Below are positions 17,323 through 27,473 of a stretch of 64,000 bases of DNA, piece by piece; position 1 is the first letter of the stretch; the number at the start of each line of letters is the position of its first letter. The notes under the pieces are model-generated. The model ran no database searches, was not told the DNA's origin, and saw only the letters and a list, made by a program, of their open reading frames with translations. The DNA is from an uncultured Oscillospiraceae bacterium (lineage in GTDB: Bacteria; Bacillota; Clostridia; Oscillospirales; Oscillospiraceae): NCBI GenBank assembly GCA_964627295.1, contig CAZVJJ010000003.1:6022-70021 (forward strand). The letters are read 5' to 3'. The translations under genes were made by a program, and so were the position numbers.

Positions 17323-18627
17323 TCATTCATTCTCAGCAAGCAGTTTTTCGATCGCCGCAAGCTTCATGCTGACCGTAAGCACTTCCATCGCCTTTTCAAG
17401 CTCTTCCACGGGTGGAAGACTTGGTGCAATGCGCAAGTGCGAATCGTCTGGGTCGTTCTGATACGGGTACGCCGCGCCCGCATTCGTCAAAACAACGCCC
17501 GCTTCGCGGCACAGCTCCCAAACGCGCTTGGCTGTTCCTTTCATCGTGTAAAGGCTGACAAAATATCCGCCGCTCGGATCGTTCCAATGGGCAAACTCAA
17601 GCGGAGCGATCTCCCGATCCAGCCACTTGGCAACGACTGCAAATCTGGGTGCAAGAAGCGCCGCGTGCTTTTTCATCAGCGCAAGCGTATTTTCCTTATC
17701 TTTCAGATAGCGCACATGGCGAAGCTGATTGACTTTGTCATTGCAGATCATCTGAATGCCGAACACTTTTGTGAAGAACGCGATATTTTCCTCACTCGAT
17801 GTCAAGCAGCTCATGCCACCGCCTGCAAAGGTGATTTTGGATGTGGATGCAAATTCGTAGACCATATCTGCATTTCCCATCTCACGGCAAAGGGCGATCA
17901 TGTCTGGAAACGGAACGTATTCCCCACGAAACTCATGCATACAGTAGGCGTTATCCCACATGATCGCAAAATCAGGTGCAGCAGGCTTGAGCGCAGCAAA
18001 ACGGTGGATCGTTTCCTCGCTATAGATGATGCCATCGGGATTGCTGTATTTTGGAACGGTCCAAATGAGCTTCACGGCAGGGTCTTTTACGTATTCCTCA
18101 ACCAGATCCATATCAGGTCCCGTCGGGGTCATTGGAATTGGAATGAGCTCCGCGCCAAAAAATTCACCGATTTGGAAATGCCGATCATATCCGGGGGCAG
18201 GGCAAAGAAATTTTACCTTTTCCTCTTTGCACCACGGGCGCGGAGAATTGCGCAGACCGTGCACATAGGCACAGGAAACCACCTCATACATAAGCTGAAG
18301 CGAGGCAACACCGCCAACAAAGATCTCCTCGCGCTTGCATCCAAGCACATCTGCCCAGTATGCCCGCGCGCACGGAAGCCCTGCACCCTCGCCATAATTT
18401 CTCGCATCGATATCCGCATCAAAGCAGTCGTCTGCCTCCGTCACCGTTCTGAGGATATCGCTCACCATATCAAGCTGCTGCGTGCAGGGCTTGCCACGCG
18501 CCATATTCAGTTTCAGCTTCTGCGCCTTACAGGTGGAAAAATGTTCCATTTCCATCTGATATGCGTGCTCCAGTTCTTCGCGATTCACGCAAGAATAAGG
18601 TGTCACAAAAATCATTCCTTCCGTCAT
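17323..18627 (-). CDS. PLP-dependent aminotransferase class I/II (aspartate aminotransferase-like)
   Basis: LNMARGKP, PGYDRHF, VPKYSNP, WDNAY, STSKIT, RIAPS; true start may be GTG 18606. Confidence 0.9.
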   Translation of the reverse strand: MTEGMIFVTPYSCVNREELEHAYQMEMEHFSTCKAQKLKLNMARGKPCTQQLDMVSDILRTVTEADDCFDADIDARNYGEGAGLPCARAYWADVLGCKREEIFVGGVASLQLMYEVVSCAYVHGLRNSPRPWCKEEKVKFLCPAPGYDRHFQIGEFFGAELIPIPMTPTGPDMDLVEEYVKDPAVKLIWTVPKYSNPDGIIYSEETIHRFAALKPAAPDFAIMWDNAYCMHEFRGEYVPFPDMIALCREMGNADMVYEFASTSKITFAGGGMSCLTSSEENIAFFTKVFGIQMICNDKVNQLRHVRYLKDKENTLALMKKHAALLAPRFAVVAKWLDREIAPLEFAHWNDPSGGYFVSLYTMKGTAKRVWELCREAGVVLTNAGAAYPYQNDPDDSHLRIAPSLPPVEELEKAMEVLTVSMKLAAIEKLLAENE

Positions 18628-18864
18628 TTCAGCGCAATTTACTGCTTTATTATATGCTATTCGATCTAAAATTGCAATATCGAATGTGCTAAAAATTCAT
18701 TTTTGCATCATTTTGGAGCTTTGTACAAAGAAAGGAGAAACGCATCTGTTTTTTCTAGCATTTTCAACGCTTGCATTTTCTTCCTGATTGACTTACAATC
18801 GATATTGATATTTTCTGCGCAAACGGATTTCCCATCATTTTTCTTGATAAAAGGAGCAAACGGT

Positions 18865-20949
18865 ATGAGCCAGATCGTGAATGTCCCCGAGATTTTCGGC
18901 AGCGATGTCTTTAATGAGGCAACGATGAAGCAACGCCTCCCCAGCGAAACCTATCGCACATGGAAAACCTGCATCCAAACAGGCTCTCCCCTGCCCCTCA
19001 ATGTTGCAAACACCATCGCCGAAGCCATGAAGGACTGGGCGATCTCCCGCGGTGCAACGCATTACACCCATTGGTTCCAGCCCATGACAGGCATTACCGC
19101 GGAAAAGCACGATTCTTTCATCACGCCGACGGGCGACGGCCGCGTGATCATGGAATTCTCTGGTAAAGAACTCGTGCGTGGCGAACCCGATGCAAGCTCC
19201 TTCCCCTCTGGCGGACTGCGCGCGATGTTTGAAGCGCGCGGATATACTGCATGGGATCCGACTTCTTTCGCCTTTGTAAAGGACGGCTCGCTTTTCATCC
19301 CGACCTGTTTCTTCTCCTATACAGGCGCGGCGCTCGACAAAAAAACGCCCCTCTTGCGCTCCATCGACGAAGTGTCCCGCGAGGCACTTCGCATCCTGCG
19401 TCTCTTTGGCGACAATGAAACCAAGCGCATCATCGCAAATGTTGGTGCTGAGCAGGAATACTTTCTTCTGCCCAAGGATCTTTACGCACAGCGCGAAGAT
19501 CTGCGCCTGACTGGACGCACCCTTTTTGGCGCGCCCGCACCCAAGGGGCAGGAGCTGGATGACCACTATTTCGGCACGATCCGCACCCGCGTGAGCAATT
19601 TTATGAAAGACCTCGACGAGCAACTTTGGCGGCTTGGCATTCTCAGTAAGACCAAGCACAACGAGGTCGCTCCCTGCCAGCACGAGCTTGCCGTGATCTA
19701 TTCGGATGCCAACAGCGCTTGTGATGCGAACCAGCTCGTTATGGAGATCATGAAAAAATGCGCCGCCAAGCACAACCTCGTCTGCCTGCTTCACGAGAAA
19801 CCCTTCGCAGGCGTGAACGGCTCTGGTAAGCACAACAACTGGTCGCTTTCCACAGATACAGGCAAAAACCTTTTTAGTCCAGGGAAAACTCCGCGCCAGA
19901 ATGCGCAGTTCCTTGTTTTCCTTTCCGCATTCATCAAGGGCGTGGATGAATACCAGAGCTGGCTTCGCTGTACGACAGCTTCCGCAGGCAACGACCACCG
20001 TCTTGGTGCAAGCGAAGCGCCCCCCGCGATCGTGTCCATCTACTTAGGCGACGAATTGCACGCCGTTGTAGAATCCATCATTCATGGAACGAGCTATACA
20101 GGTCCTGAAAAGAGCCTTATGCGCATTGGTGTCGATGTTCTCCCCTCCATCTCCAAAGACACTACCGACCGCAACCGTACATCCCCGCTTGCATTCACGG
20201 GCAATAAATTTGAATTCCGTATGCCCGGTTCTTCCCAGTCCGTCGCAGGTCCGAATATTGCGCTCAACACCATTATGGCAGAAGAGCTCGGGCTTTTCGC
20301 CGATGAACTTGAACAGGCAGAGGACTTCGATTCTGCCCTGCAAACCCTCGTTTGCCGCACGCTGACCGAACATCAGCGCATTCTTTTCGACGGCAACGGC
20401 TACGCCGATGCATGGCAAGAAGAAGCCGAGCGCCGAGGCTTGCAGAATCTCCGCTCTGCGGCGCAGGCACTCCCGACCTACATCTCTCAGGAGAATATCG
20501 ATGTTGTTACCAAGCACGGTATTTTCAGCGAAGCCGAGTTCCGCGCGCGCTACGAGATCCATCTGGAAGCATACAGCAAAGTCGTTCGCATTGAAGCGCG
20601 CACCATGGTGGACATGGCTCAGCACCAGATCCTTCCCGCCGCTCTGCGCTATACGAATGCGCTTTGCGAAAGTGTTTCTGCGAAGAAAGCCCTCGGCGCA
20701 TCCTGCAAGGCAGAATCCGCACTCATCACGCGCCTTTCTGCCGAAACCGACCGACTTTACGATGCCATCGAAACGCTTACCGAGGACTTGACACACGTCC
20801 CCGAAACCGAGGAAGAAAGCGCCTGCTACTATCACGATGTGATCGTTTCGGACATGGATGCGCTCCGCGCACCTGCGGATGTCCTTGAGCAGCTCACCGC
20901 AAGATCATACTGGCCTTATCCGACCTATTCTGACCTTCTTTTCTACTGA
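18865..20949 (+). CDS. glnN: Glutamine synthetase type III
   Basis: THYTHWFQP, GEPDASSFPSGG, HNEVAP, HEKPFAGVNGSGKH, DRNRTSP; AAGGAG RBS; TTGCAT-17-TACAAT promoter at 18771-18799. Confidence 0.95.
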   Translation: MSQIVNVPEIFGSDVFNEATMKQRLPSETYRTWKTCIQTGSPLPLNVANTIAEAMKDWAISRGATHYTHWFQPMTGITAEKHDSFITPTGDGRVIMEFSGKELVRGEPDASSFPSGGLRAMFEARGYTAWDPTSFAFVKDGSLFIPTCFFSYTGAALDKKTPLLRSIDEVSREALRILRLFGDNETKRIIANVGAEQEYFLLPKDLYAQREDLRLTGRTLFGAPAPKGQELDDHYFGTIRTRVSNFMKDLDEQLWRLGILSKTKHNEVAPCQHELAVIYSDANSACDANQLVMEIMKKCAAKHNLVCLLHEKPFAGVNGSGKHNNWSLSTDTGKNLFSPGKTPRQNAQFLVFLSAFIKGVDEYQSWLRCTTASAGNDHRLGASEAPPAIVSIYLGDELHAVVESIIHGTSYTGPEKSLMRIGVDVLPSISKDTTDRNRTSPLAFTGNKFEFRMPGSSQSVAGPNIALNTIMAEELGLFADELEQAEDFDSALQTLVCRTLTEHQRILFDGNGYADAWQEEAERRGLQNLRSAAQALPTYISQENIDVVTKHGIFSEAEFRARYEIHLEAYSKVVRIEARTMVDMAQHQILPAALRYTNALCESVSAKKALGASCKAESALITRLSAETDRLYDAIETLTEDLTHVPETEEESACYYHDVIVSDMDALRAPADVLEQLTARSYWPYPTYSDLLFY

Positions 20950-20955
20950 TATACA

Positions 20956-20988
20956 AAACTCCCGCTTTTTGCACAAAAGCGGGAGTTT
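20956..20988. terminator. Bidirectional terminator glnN/dut
   Basis: IR AAACTCCCGCTTTT/AAAAGCGGGAGTTT. Confidence 0.85.
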
Positions 20989-20991
20989 CCT

Positions 20992-21429
20992 TTATTTTCC
21001 TGTTGATCCGAAGCCGCCGCTTCCGCGCGCCGTGTCAGAAAGTGTATCTGTTTCGACGTAGCACGGGGTCAAGACGGGCATGATAAGCATCTGCGCGATG
21101 CGCTCGCCGTGGGCGATCGTCTGCGCCTGCTTTCCATGGTTGTGCAGAGCGACCATGAGCTCTCCACGGTAATCGCTGTCGATCACGCCCACCTTGTTCG
21201 CGGGCGCAAGTCCGCGCTTTGAACCCAGACTACTTCGCGCGTGCACGAGACCCGCATATCCCTCAGGGATCTCCACAGCAATGCCAGTCGGGATAAACTT
21301 CGTCTCCCCCGCTTCAATCGTCACCTCGGCATCGAGGCACGCATACAGGTCTGCGCCCGCCGCGCCAGCGCTTCCATAAGTCGGCAGGATCGCATTTTCG
21401 CGCATTTTCTTTACATGAACGGTATTCAT
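20992..21429 (-). CDS. dut: dUTP diphosphatase
   Basis: AGADL, RSSL, GVIDSDYRGE, RIAQ, RGSGGFGSTG. Confidence 0.97.
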   Translation of the reverse strand: MNTVHVKKMRENAILPTYGSAGAAGADLYACLDAEVTIEAGETKFIPTGIAVEIPEGYAGLVHARSSLGSKRGLAPANKVGVIDSDYRGELMVALHNHGKQAQTIAHGERIAQMLIMPVLTPCYVETDTLSDTARGSGGFGSTGK

Positions 21430-21968
21430 TATTTCATTCCCTTTCCGTCGCCCTGCCAGTCCTGCCAGAGAACGACCTTGTTTTCTTTCAGCGATCGCGG
21501 AACATCGATCAGGCGTTGATTGCGCGAGCCACGAAAACGCAGGCTGAGGTCCTTCTGCGATTCAATAAACGGACCATCGACGAGCACATCGAGATAGCTT
21601 AAATATTCCGCCGTATCTCCAAGCCTGCCCGACGTGATATCGCGGTCGAACAGATATCCCGAAAATGCCCAGATGCTTTTTTCTGGATAGGTCTTGCGCA
21701 CCTGCCGCAAAAGTTCCACGATCGCGCTCTGATTCTGCGGCTCGAACGGTTCACCACCCAAAAGCGTGAGCCCGCGGATATAGGGCGGCGCAAGCATTGC
21801 AAGAATGCTGTCCACCGTTTCCTGCGTAAATAGCTCACCGTATTCAAAATCCCATGCGACCTGATTGAAGCATCCTGGGCATTGGTGCGTGCACCCCGAT
21901 ACGAAGAGGCTCACGCGTACTCCCGGACCATTGGCAATATCACAATTCTTGATTACTGCATAATGCAT
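21429..21968 (-). CDS. nrdG: Anaerobic ribonucleotide reductase activating radical-SAM protein
   Basis: NGPGVRVSLFVSGC-x3-C-x2-CFN, LGGEP, DVLVDGPF, RGSRNQR. Confidence 0.95.
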   Translation of the reverse strand: MHYAVIKNCDIANGPGVRVSLFVSGCTHQCPGCFNQVAWDFEYGELFTQETVDSILAMLAPPYIRGLTLLGGEPFEPQNQSAIVELLRQVRKTYPEKSIWAFSGYLFDRDITSGRLGDTAEYLSYLDVLVDGPFIESQKDLSLRFRGSRNQRLIDVPRSLKENKVVLWQDWQGDGKGMK

Positions 21969-22885
21969 AGCTTATTTATCCTTTCTTTTCCGAGCGATGC
22001 AAAAAACCGAAATGTCAGCGGCCACACGATCCCCGCGATCAAAACGACCAGAAAATACCGCAGCGCACGCGCGGGATACACAGGCAGGATCGCTTCAAGC
22101 GGCGTCTTTAGCAGAGATTTTACGGCAACGACCACCGCAAGCCCAAGTACAGCCTTTAGGATCTGCACCCACCAGACTGCCTTGACAGGGAAATCAAGCT
22201 TCTGATCCACCATAAAAACAACGATCGCACCGACGGTACAGCCGAACATGGTATACGCATTTTTCAGTCCCGATGTCAGATTCGCTTCATCCACATCCGC
22301 GCCGAACGGATAGTGCAAAACGAAAAGAACGAGCGCCGCCGCACAGGCGATCATTCCAAAGAACACCGCCCTTTTTGCATGGATATTCTCCCCCATCATC
22401 GGCTTTTTCATAAGCCAAACAAGAAGTAGTGCCATGCCTGCGCCAACGAGCACATCATACGGAGTGTGCACGCCCACATACATCCGCGAAATAGGCACAA
22501 GAATAGCCAGCGTAATACAAATCGCTTTTACCCAGCGCTTCTGCGACGTTGATGCGATCGCGCAATATGTCCCGACCGCTGTTTGCGTATGTCCACTTGG
22601 GAAACTGTATCCCGTCGCCTGCGCACGCGCCGCTTCCAAGATGGTAAAATTCCCATCTATGACCCACGGACGCGGGACACGGCACAGAAGCTTCAAAAAC
22701 TGATTCGCCATCGTCCCCAAAAAGCCGACACCCATCAGATAATAGCCCCTTTTCTTGTCCACGCACCAGAATACGATCAGCGTAAAAGCAAGAAACGCCG
22801 TCTCCTCTCCCAAATGCGTCACCGCAAGCATCAGCGCATCCAAAATCGGAACACGGATCGATTCAAACCAGTATAAAACCTGCAT
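21953..22885 (-). CDS. PAP2-family membrane phosphatase
   Basis: K-x6-RP, SFPSGH, SRMYVGVH; multiple TMs; AAGGGGG RBS. Confidence 0.88.
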   Translation of the reverse strand: MQVLYWFESIRVPILDALMLAVTHLGEETAFLAFTLIVFWCVDKKRGYYLMGVGFLGTMANQFLKLLCRVPRPWVIDGNFTILEAARAQATGYSFPSGHTQTAVGTYCAIASTSQKRWVKAICITLAILVPISRMYVGVHTPYDVLVGAGMALLLVWLMKKPMMGENIHAKRAVFFGMIACAAALVLFVLHYPFGADVDEANLTSGLKNAYTMFGCTVGAIVVFMVDQKLDFPVKAVWWVQILKAVLGLAVVVAVKSLLKTPLEAILPVYPARALRYFLVVLIAGIVWPLTFRFFASLGKERINKLCIMQ

Positions 22886-23009
22886 ATGCCTGCCCCCTTT
22901 TCTTTGATACTCCCAGTATACCACAGCAACGTGTATTTTTCTACATAAAAATGTGAAAAACATAAACGGACGACTGTAAAAAACACAGTCGTCCATTTAT
23001 TCGAATCGT

Positions 23010-23609
23010 TTACATCTCCTGGCGTCCTTCGAGGGCGCGGGAGAGGGTCACTTCGTCTGCATATTCAAGCTGGCTACCGACAGGGACACCGTAGGCAAGA
23101 CGCGTGACTTTGACTTCCATCGGTCGCAGAAGGCGGGAAATATACATTGCCGTCGCTTCGCCCTCGGTATCGGGGTTCGTTGCCATGATGACCTCACGCA
23201 CATTGCCCTCACCCACGCGCCGCAGGAGTTCCTTGATCTTGATATCATCCTGCGTCACATGGTTCAGCGGCGAAATGACACCGTGCAGGACATGGTACAC
23301 ACCGCGAAATTCGCGCGAGCGCTCCATTGCGATCACATCGCGCGGCTCTGTCACGACGCAGATCACGCCCCGATCGCGCATTGGATCATCACAGATCGGG
23401 CAAACATCCCGATCTGTCAGATTCTGACACACGGGGCAGGTATGCACCTCTTTTTTCGCTTCCATGATCGCATTTGCAAAGCTTTCCGCGTCCGCAAGCG
23501 GAAGCGACAGCACGTGAAAAGCAAGGCGCTGTGCCGTCTTACCGCCGATACCGGGCAGGCACGCGAACTGATCGGCAAGATTCTGAAGCGCCGCAGGAAA
23601 AAACTGCAT
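23010..23609 (-). CDS. recR: Recombination mediator RecR
   Basis: [13 protein letters not shown] HhH, C4 zinc finger, TOPRIM ATNP..EGEATA. Confidence 0.98.
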   Translation of the reverse strand: MQFFPAALQNLADQFACLPGIGGKTAQRLAFHVLSLPLADAESFANAIMEAKKEVHTCPVCQNLTDRDVCPICDDPMRDRGVICVVTEPRDVIAMERSREFRGVYHVLHGVISPLNHVTQDDIKIKELLRRVGEGNVREVIMATNPDTEGEATAMYISRLLRPMEVKVTRLAYGVPVGSQLEYADEVTLSRALEGRQEM

Positions 23610-23620
23610 ACTTTCCCCTC

Positions 23621-23965
23621 TTAGAACAGACCGCCGAGGTTCATGCCACCCGTCAGACGGGACATATTCTCGGTCGCTGCTGCATCTGCGCTCCGCATCG
23701 CCTCGTTCACGGCAGCGATCACCATATCCTGAAGCATTTCGACATCGTCGGGATCGACCGCCTCGGGGTCGATGGTAAGCGCAACGACCTCATGCTTGCC
23801 GTTAACGGTCGCGCTCACCATGCCACCGCCCGATTTTGCCGTATACGTCGCCGCTTCCTGCTCCTGTTGCATACGCAGCATCTCCTGCTGAAGCTTCTGT
23901 GCCTGCTTCATCATTGCCGCCTGATTCATACCGCCAGGCATACCGCGGAATCCACCTTTAGCCAT
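23621..23965 (-). CDS. ybaB: YbaB/EbfC nucleoid-associated protein
   Basis: [31 protein letters not shown]; dnaX-ybaB-recR order. Confidence 0.95.
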   Translation of the reverse strand: MAKGGFRGMPGGMNQAAMMKQAQKLQQEMLRMQQEQEAATYTAKSGGGMVSATVNGKHEVVALTIDPEAVDPDDVEMLQDMVIAAVNEAMRSADAAATENMSRLTGGMNLGGLF

Positions 23966-23983
23966 TTCTGATTTCTCCTATCA

Positions 23984-25600
23984 TCAATTATTATTTTTGA
24001 TTTTAACTACATCGGAATGTGCTCTGCCAAAATCCATGAGCTGATCCATGCGCGGATTGCCCGCAGGACGCGCCGAAAGATCGACAACGACCGCCTGAAT
24101 GCGCTGACCAAGCATGGCAGAAATTTTTCTAGAAACGATCTCGAGTATTTCGGGCTTTCCGATCACTTCCGCGGCAAACGTCGTCGCGCACCGCAGTTCC
24201 AAGCGATTCCCCACCAGAACGCCCACCATCGGGGCATTTGGCGTTGCCACAAAGAAGCCCGAAGCGGGTGGTTTGAGCTCCTTACGCACAGCCGAAACAA
24301 GGTCTGTCCAGAATCCCGCAGGTGCTTCGGGTGCTCGGGACGGCATTTGCTCAGGTGGTGCATCGTCATCGTCGGGAAGTGGCGGACGGTCATCGTCATC
24401 CTGCTCCGTTTGCGGTGCAACAGGTTTTCTTTGCGCCTGCACGACGAATTCACCCGTGCGAAGCTGCTCTTCCAAGCGCGTCAGGCGCGCATTGAGGGCA
24501 TTGGCATCGAGCGACAGCTCCGTTTTACAAAGTTCCATGATGCAAAGCTCTGCATCCATGCGGCGGCTCGCACTACGGGTAAAGCCCGCCATTGTTTCCT
24601 GAATGCGCGAGAGCATCCGCACCAGCTCACCAGAAGAAATCTGCTTCGTAAGCGCAAGCGTTTCTTCATCGGAAGCAACGCCCGAAAGCATCGTGATCCC
24701 CGCCCCAGGGGCGGTTTTTAGCACCAGAAGATCGCGCGTAAGGCACGCCATTTCGTCGAGCATCGCGCCCAAATCTTTTCCCTCGGTGTAAAGGCGGTTA
24801 AACAGCTCCAGCGCACCCTTTGCGTCGTGGCGTGCAATATGCCCCATCATCTCGCCGCAGGTCTGTTCGCCCGCGATCCCGAGGCAGGTATACACGCTTT
24901 CGGCTGTCAATTCCCCCGTCGTGGCACTTGCGCACTGATCGAGCAGGCTCAATCCATCACGCATTGCGCCATCAGCAAGGCGCGCAAGCACACGCGCCGC
25001 CGAATCATCGAGGTCGATATTCTCCTGATACGCAACATATTGCAGTCGTGCCGCAATATCTTCCTGCGAAATGCGACGAAATGAGAAACGCTGGCAACGC
25101 GAAAGGATGGTCGCTGGCACTTTGTGCAGTTCCGTCGTCGCAAGGATGAACAGCAGATGCTCTGGTGGCTCTTCAATGATCTTCAGCAGAGCATTGAATG
25201 CCGAAAGTGAGAGCATATGCACCTCGTCGATGATATACACGCGCTTTTTTACCTGCGAGGGAGTATAGATCGCGTCGTCACGCAGGTCACGCACATTGTC
25301 AACGCCGTTATTCGATGCTGCATCGATCTCGAGCACATCCATACACGAGCCATCATCGATCGAGCGGCATGCCGCACAGCAGTTGCAGGGGTTGCCATCG
25401 TGCGGATTCAGGCAGTTGACCGCTTTTGCAAGGATCTTCGAGCAGCTCGTCTTGCCCGTACCGCGCGAACCCGTGAACAGATATGCATGGCTCGTGCGCT
25501 GGGACACGATCTGCGTTTTCAGCGTCTGCGTCACCGCCATCTGACCGATCACATCATCAAACGTCTGCGGACGGTACTTGCGATATAAAGCCTGATACAC
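23984..25600 (-). CDS. dnaX: DNA polymerase III subunit gamma/tau
   Basis: ALYRKYRP, GSRGTGKT Walker A, IDEVHML, TILSRCQ; GTG start. Confidence 0.97.
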   Translation of the reverse strand: MYQALYRKYRPQTFDDVIGQMAVTQTLKTQIVSQRTSHAYLFTGSRGTGKTSCSKILAKAVNCLNPHDGNPCNCCAACRSIDDGSCMDVLEIDAASNNGVDNVRDLRDDAIYTPSQVKKRVYIIDEVHMLSLSAFNALLKIIEEPPEHLLFILATTELHKVPATILSRCQRFSFRRISQEDIAARLQYVAYQENIDLDDSAARVLARLADGAMRDGLSLLDQCASATTGELTAESVYTCLGIAGEQTCGEMMGHIARHDAKGALELFNRLYTEGKDLGAMLDEMACLTRDLLVLKTAPGAGITMLSGVASDEETLALTKQISSGELVRMLSRIQETMAGFTRSASRRMDAELCIMELCKTELSLDANALNARLTRLEEQLRTGEFVVQAQRKPVAPQTEQDDDDRPPLPDDDDAPPEQMPSRAPEAPAGFWTDLVSAVRKELKPPASGFFVATPNAPMVGVLVGNRLELRCATTFAAEVIGKPEILEIVSRKISAMLGQRIQAVVVDLSARPAGNPRMDQLMDFGRAHSDVVKIKNNN

Positions 25601-25644
25601 AAAAACACCCCCATTAACATGATAAAACTGCTGGCTCATAACAA

Positions 25645-25914
25645 GATCGCACACCCACATTTGAACAAACAGCCGACCCGGATCTGTGCAGCCAGCTCAA
25701 GAACGGCAACCTTAGCGGCACACGGGACGGTCCGCTTAATGCTGCTTGGTTCCCCACCTGACATGGTTCACGGGATCCCGTTGCGCAAGACCGTTCTCTC
25801 AACACTACTTACACAGATCAGACAGTATGCATACTTACTCGGGTGTGGGAATTCATCCCTGCTTTAGCGGATTGCAGGTACAGGGCACCGCTAACTCCCC
25901 GACTAGTGCGACCT
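25645..25914 (-). ncRNA. ffs: Large (Bacillus/Clostridium-type) SRP RNA
   Basis: Alu-like 5' part GGGGAGTTAGCGGTGCCCTGTACCTGCAATCCGC and helix-8 core GAACCATGTCAGGTGGGGAACCAAGCAGCA; conserved position upstream of dnaX; ends approximate. Confidence 0.93.
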
Positions 25915-25951
25915 TGTTATAAGCCAGCAGCTCAACAAGGCTATGAAATTA

Positions 25952-26173
25952 TTAGTTAAGCTTAGAATCGATGAAGTCAGCCAGCTCCTGAAACGTCGTG
26001 ATCTTCTCGTTCTCCATCTCAAGCTCAACCCCCAGCTCGGACTCAAGATCCATGATCATCTCAACGATGTCAAGCGAATCGATGCCAAGGCTGTCGAACG
26101 TGGAATCGGGCGTGATCTGCGATACATCGAGCTCAAGCTGATTTGCAGCGTACTTAACAAGTTTGTCGTACAT
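25952..26173 (-). CDS. acpP: Acyl carrier protein
   Basis: 73 aa, acidic, LGIDSLD phosphopantetheine site; GGAGG RBS; TTGACA-17-TAAAAT promoter at 26215-26243. Confidence 0.93.
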   Translation of the reverse strand: MYDKLVKYAANQLELDVSQITPDSTFDSLGIDSLDIVEMIMDLESELGVELEMENEKITTFQELADFIDSKLN

Positions 26174-26258
26174 TGGTAAAACCCTCCAAAGTTATCTTTG
26201 CGGTATCTTTATGTATTTTATTACACGATGCGCAATTTGTCAACTGTGGATTTTTCGC

Positions 26259-27473
26259 TTACACGTTCATGCCCGCGGCATATGCGCTCGCCCATGCGAT
26301 TTGCAGGTTAAAACCACCCGTGTATGCATCGCAGTCGAGCACCTCACCCGCAAAAACCAGTCCCGAAACGATCTTCGACTCCATGGTTTTCGGGTCGATT
26401 TCAGCGACCTTTACGCCGCCAGATGTAATGATCGCCTCAGCAACAGGACGTTTTCCCGTGATCTCAAGGGAAAATGCTTTCAGCAGCGTGACCATCGCGC
26501 GACGTTTTTGCTTTGTCAGAGAATTTGCCTGCATCTGCGGGTCGATCTCGAGCCGTCGCAGGATCACGGGGATCATACTGCGCGGAAGAAGATCGGTGAG
26601 GGCATTTTCCATCGAGCGATTTTTGTACATTTCCAAATCACGCAGGATGCGCTCATCGAGCTTTGCTTCTTCAAGCGCTGGCTTCAGGTCGATCACAAGG
26701 GAGCACCCCTCGCCTTTTAGGTGACAGCTTGCGCTGAGCACCGTCGGACCAGATACGCCAAAATGCGTGAACAGAAGCTCACCAAAGTCCTTATACAGCA
26801 CTTTCCCCTTGGCATTGAGGAGCTTGACCGCGCAATTTCGCAGAGAAAGCCCCTGCATTTCCTGCGCATCCTGCCCCGCCGTTTCCAGCGGAACGAGACT
26901 TCCCTGCGGTGCGACGATGCTGTGCCCAAGAGACGATGCCATTTCGTAGCCATCGCCCGTCGAGCCTGTCGTTGGATACGATGCACCGCCCGTTGCCAAG
27001 ATCACCGCGCGGGCAGAATAGTCCCCCTCGCCCGTTCTGACACCGATCACGCAACCGTTTTCCGTTAATATCTCTCGGACACGTGCAGTTTTTACCGTCA
27101 CGCCCTGCTTCCGCATGGCAGATTGCAAACTATCCAGAACCGACTGCGCGCGATCAGACACAGGAAACACGCGGTTTCCGCGTTCCGTTTTCAGCGGACA
27201 GCCATTGCTTTCAAAAAATGCTTTCGTCTTTTCAGGTGGAAATGCGGTAAGCGCGCTGTAGAGGAATCGCGCATTGCGCGGTGTGTTCTGAAGCACTTCT
27301 TCCGCCGAGCAATCATTGGTCACATTACAGCGACCCTTTCCCGTGATGAGGAGTTTCTTTCCCAATCGGTCATTGCGTTCAAGCAGGAGCACACGTTTTC
27401 CACGCTCCGCCGCCGTAATGGCAGAAAACATCCCCGCAGGGCCTCCACCGATCACGATCACATCATATATCAT
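26259..27473 (-). CDS. BaiN/HI0933-family flavoprotein
   Basis: GGGPAG, GKKLLITGKGRCNVTN, TGSTGDG, FTHFGVSGP, TGGFNLQ. Confidence 0.92.
   Translation of the reverse strand: MIYDVIVIGGGPAGMFSAITAAERGKRVLLLERNDRLGKKLLITGKGRCNVTNDCSAEEVLQNTPRNARFLYSALTAFPPEKTKAFFESNGCPLKTERGNRVFPVSDRAQSVLDSLQSAMRKQGVTVKTARVREILTENGCVIGVRTGEGDYSARAVILATGGASYPTTGSTGDGYEMASSLGHSIVAPQGSLVPLETAGQDAQEMQGLSLRNCAVKLLNAKGKVLYKDFGELLFTHFGVSGPTVLSASCHLKGEGCSLVIDLKPALEEAKLDERILRDLEMYKNRSMENALTDLLPRSMIPVILRRLEIDPQMQANSLTKQKRRAMVTLLKAFSLEITGKRPVAEAIITSGGVKVAEIDPKTMESKIVSGLVFAGEVLDCDAYTGGFNLQIAWASAYAAGMNV

Noticed and set aside
23984-25600. Programmed frameshift in dnaX
   Set aside because: No A-AAA-AAG or long A-run slippery site noticed in the linker region.
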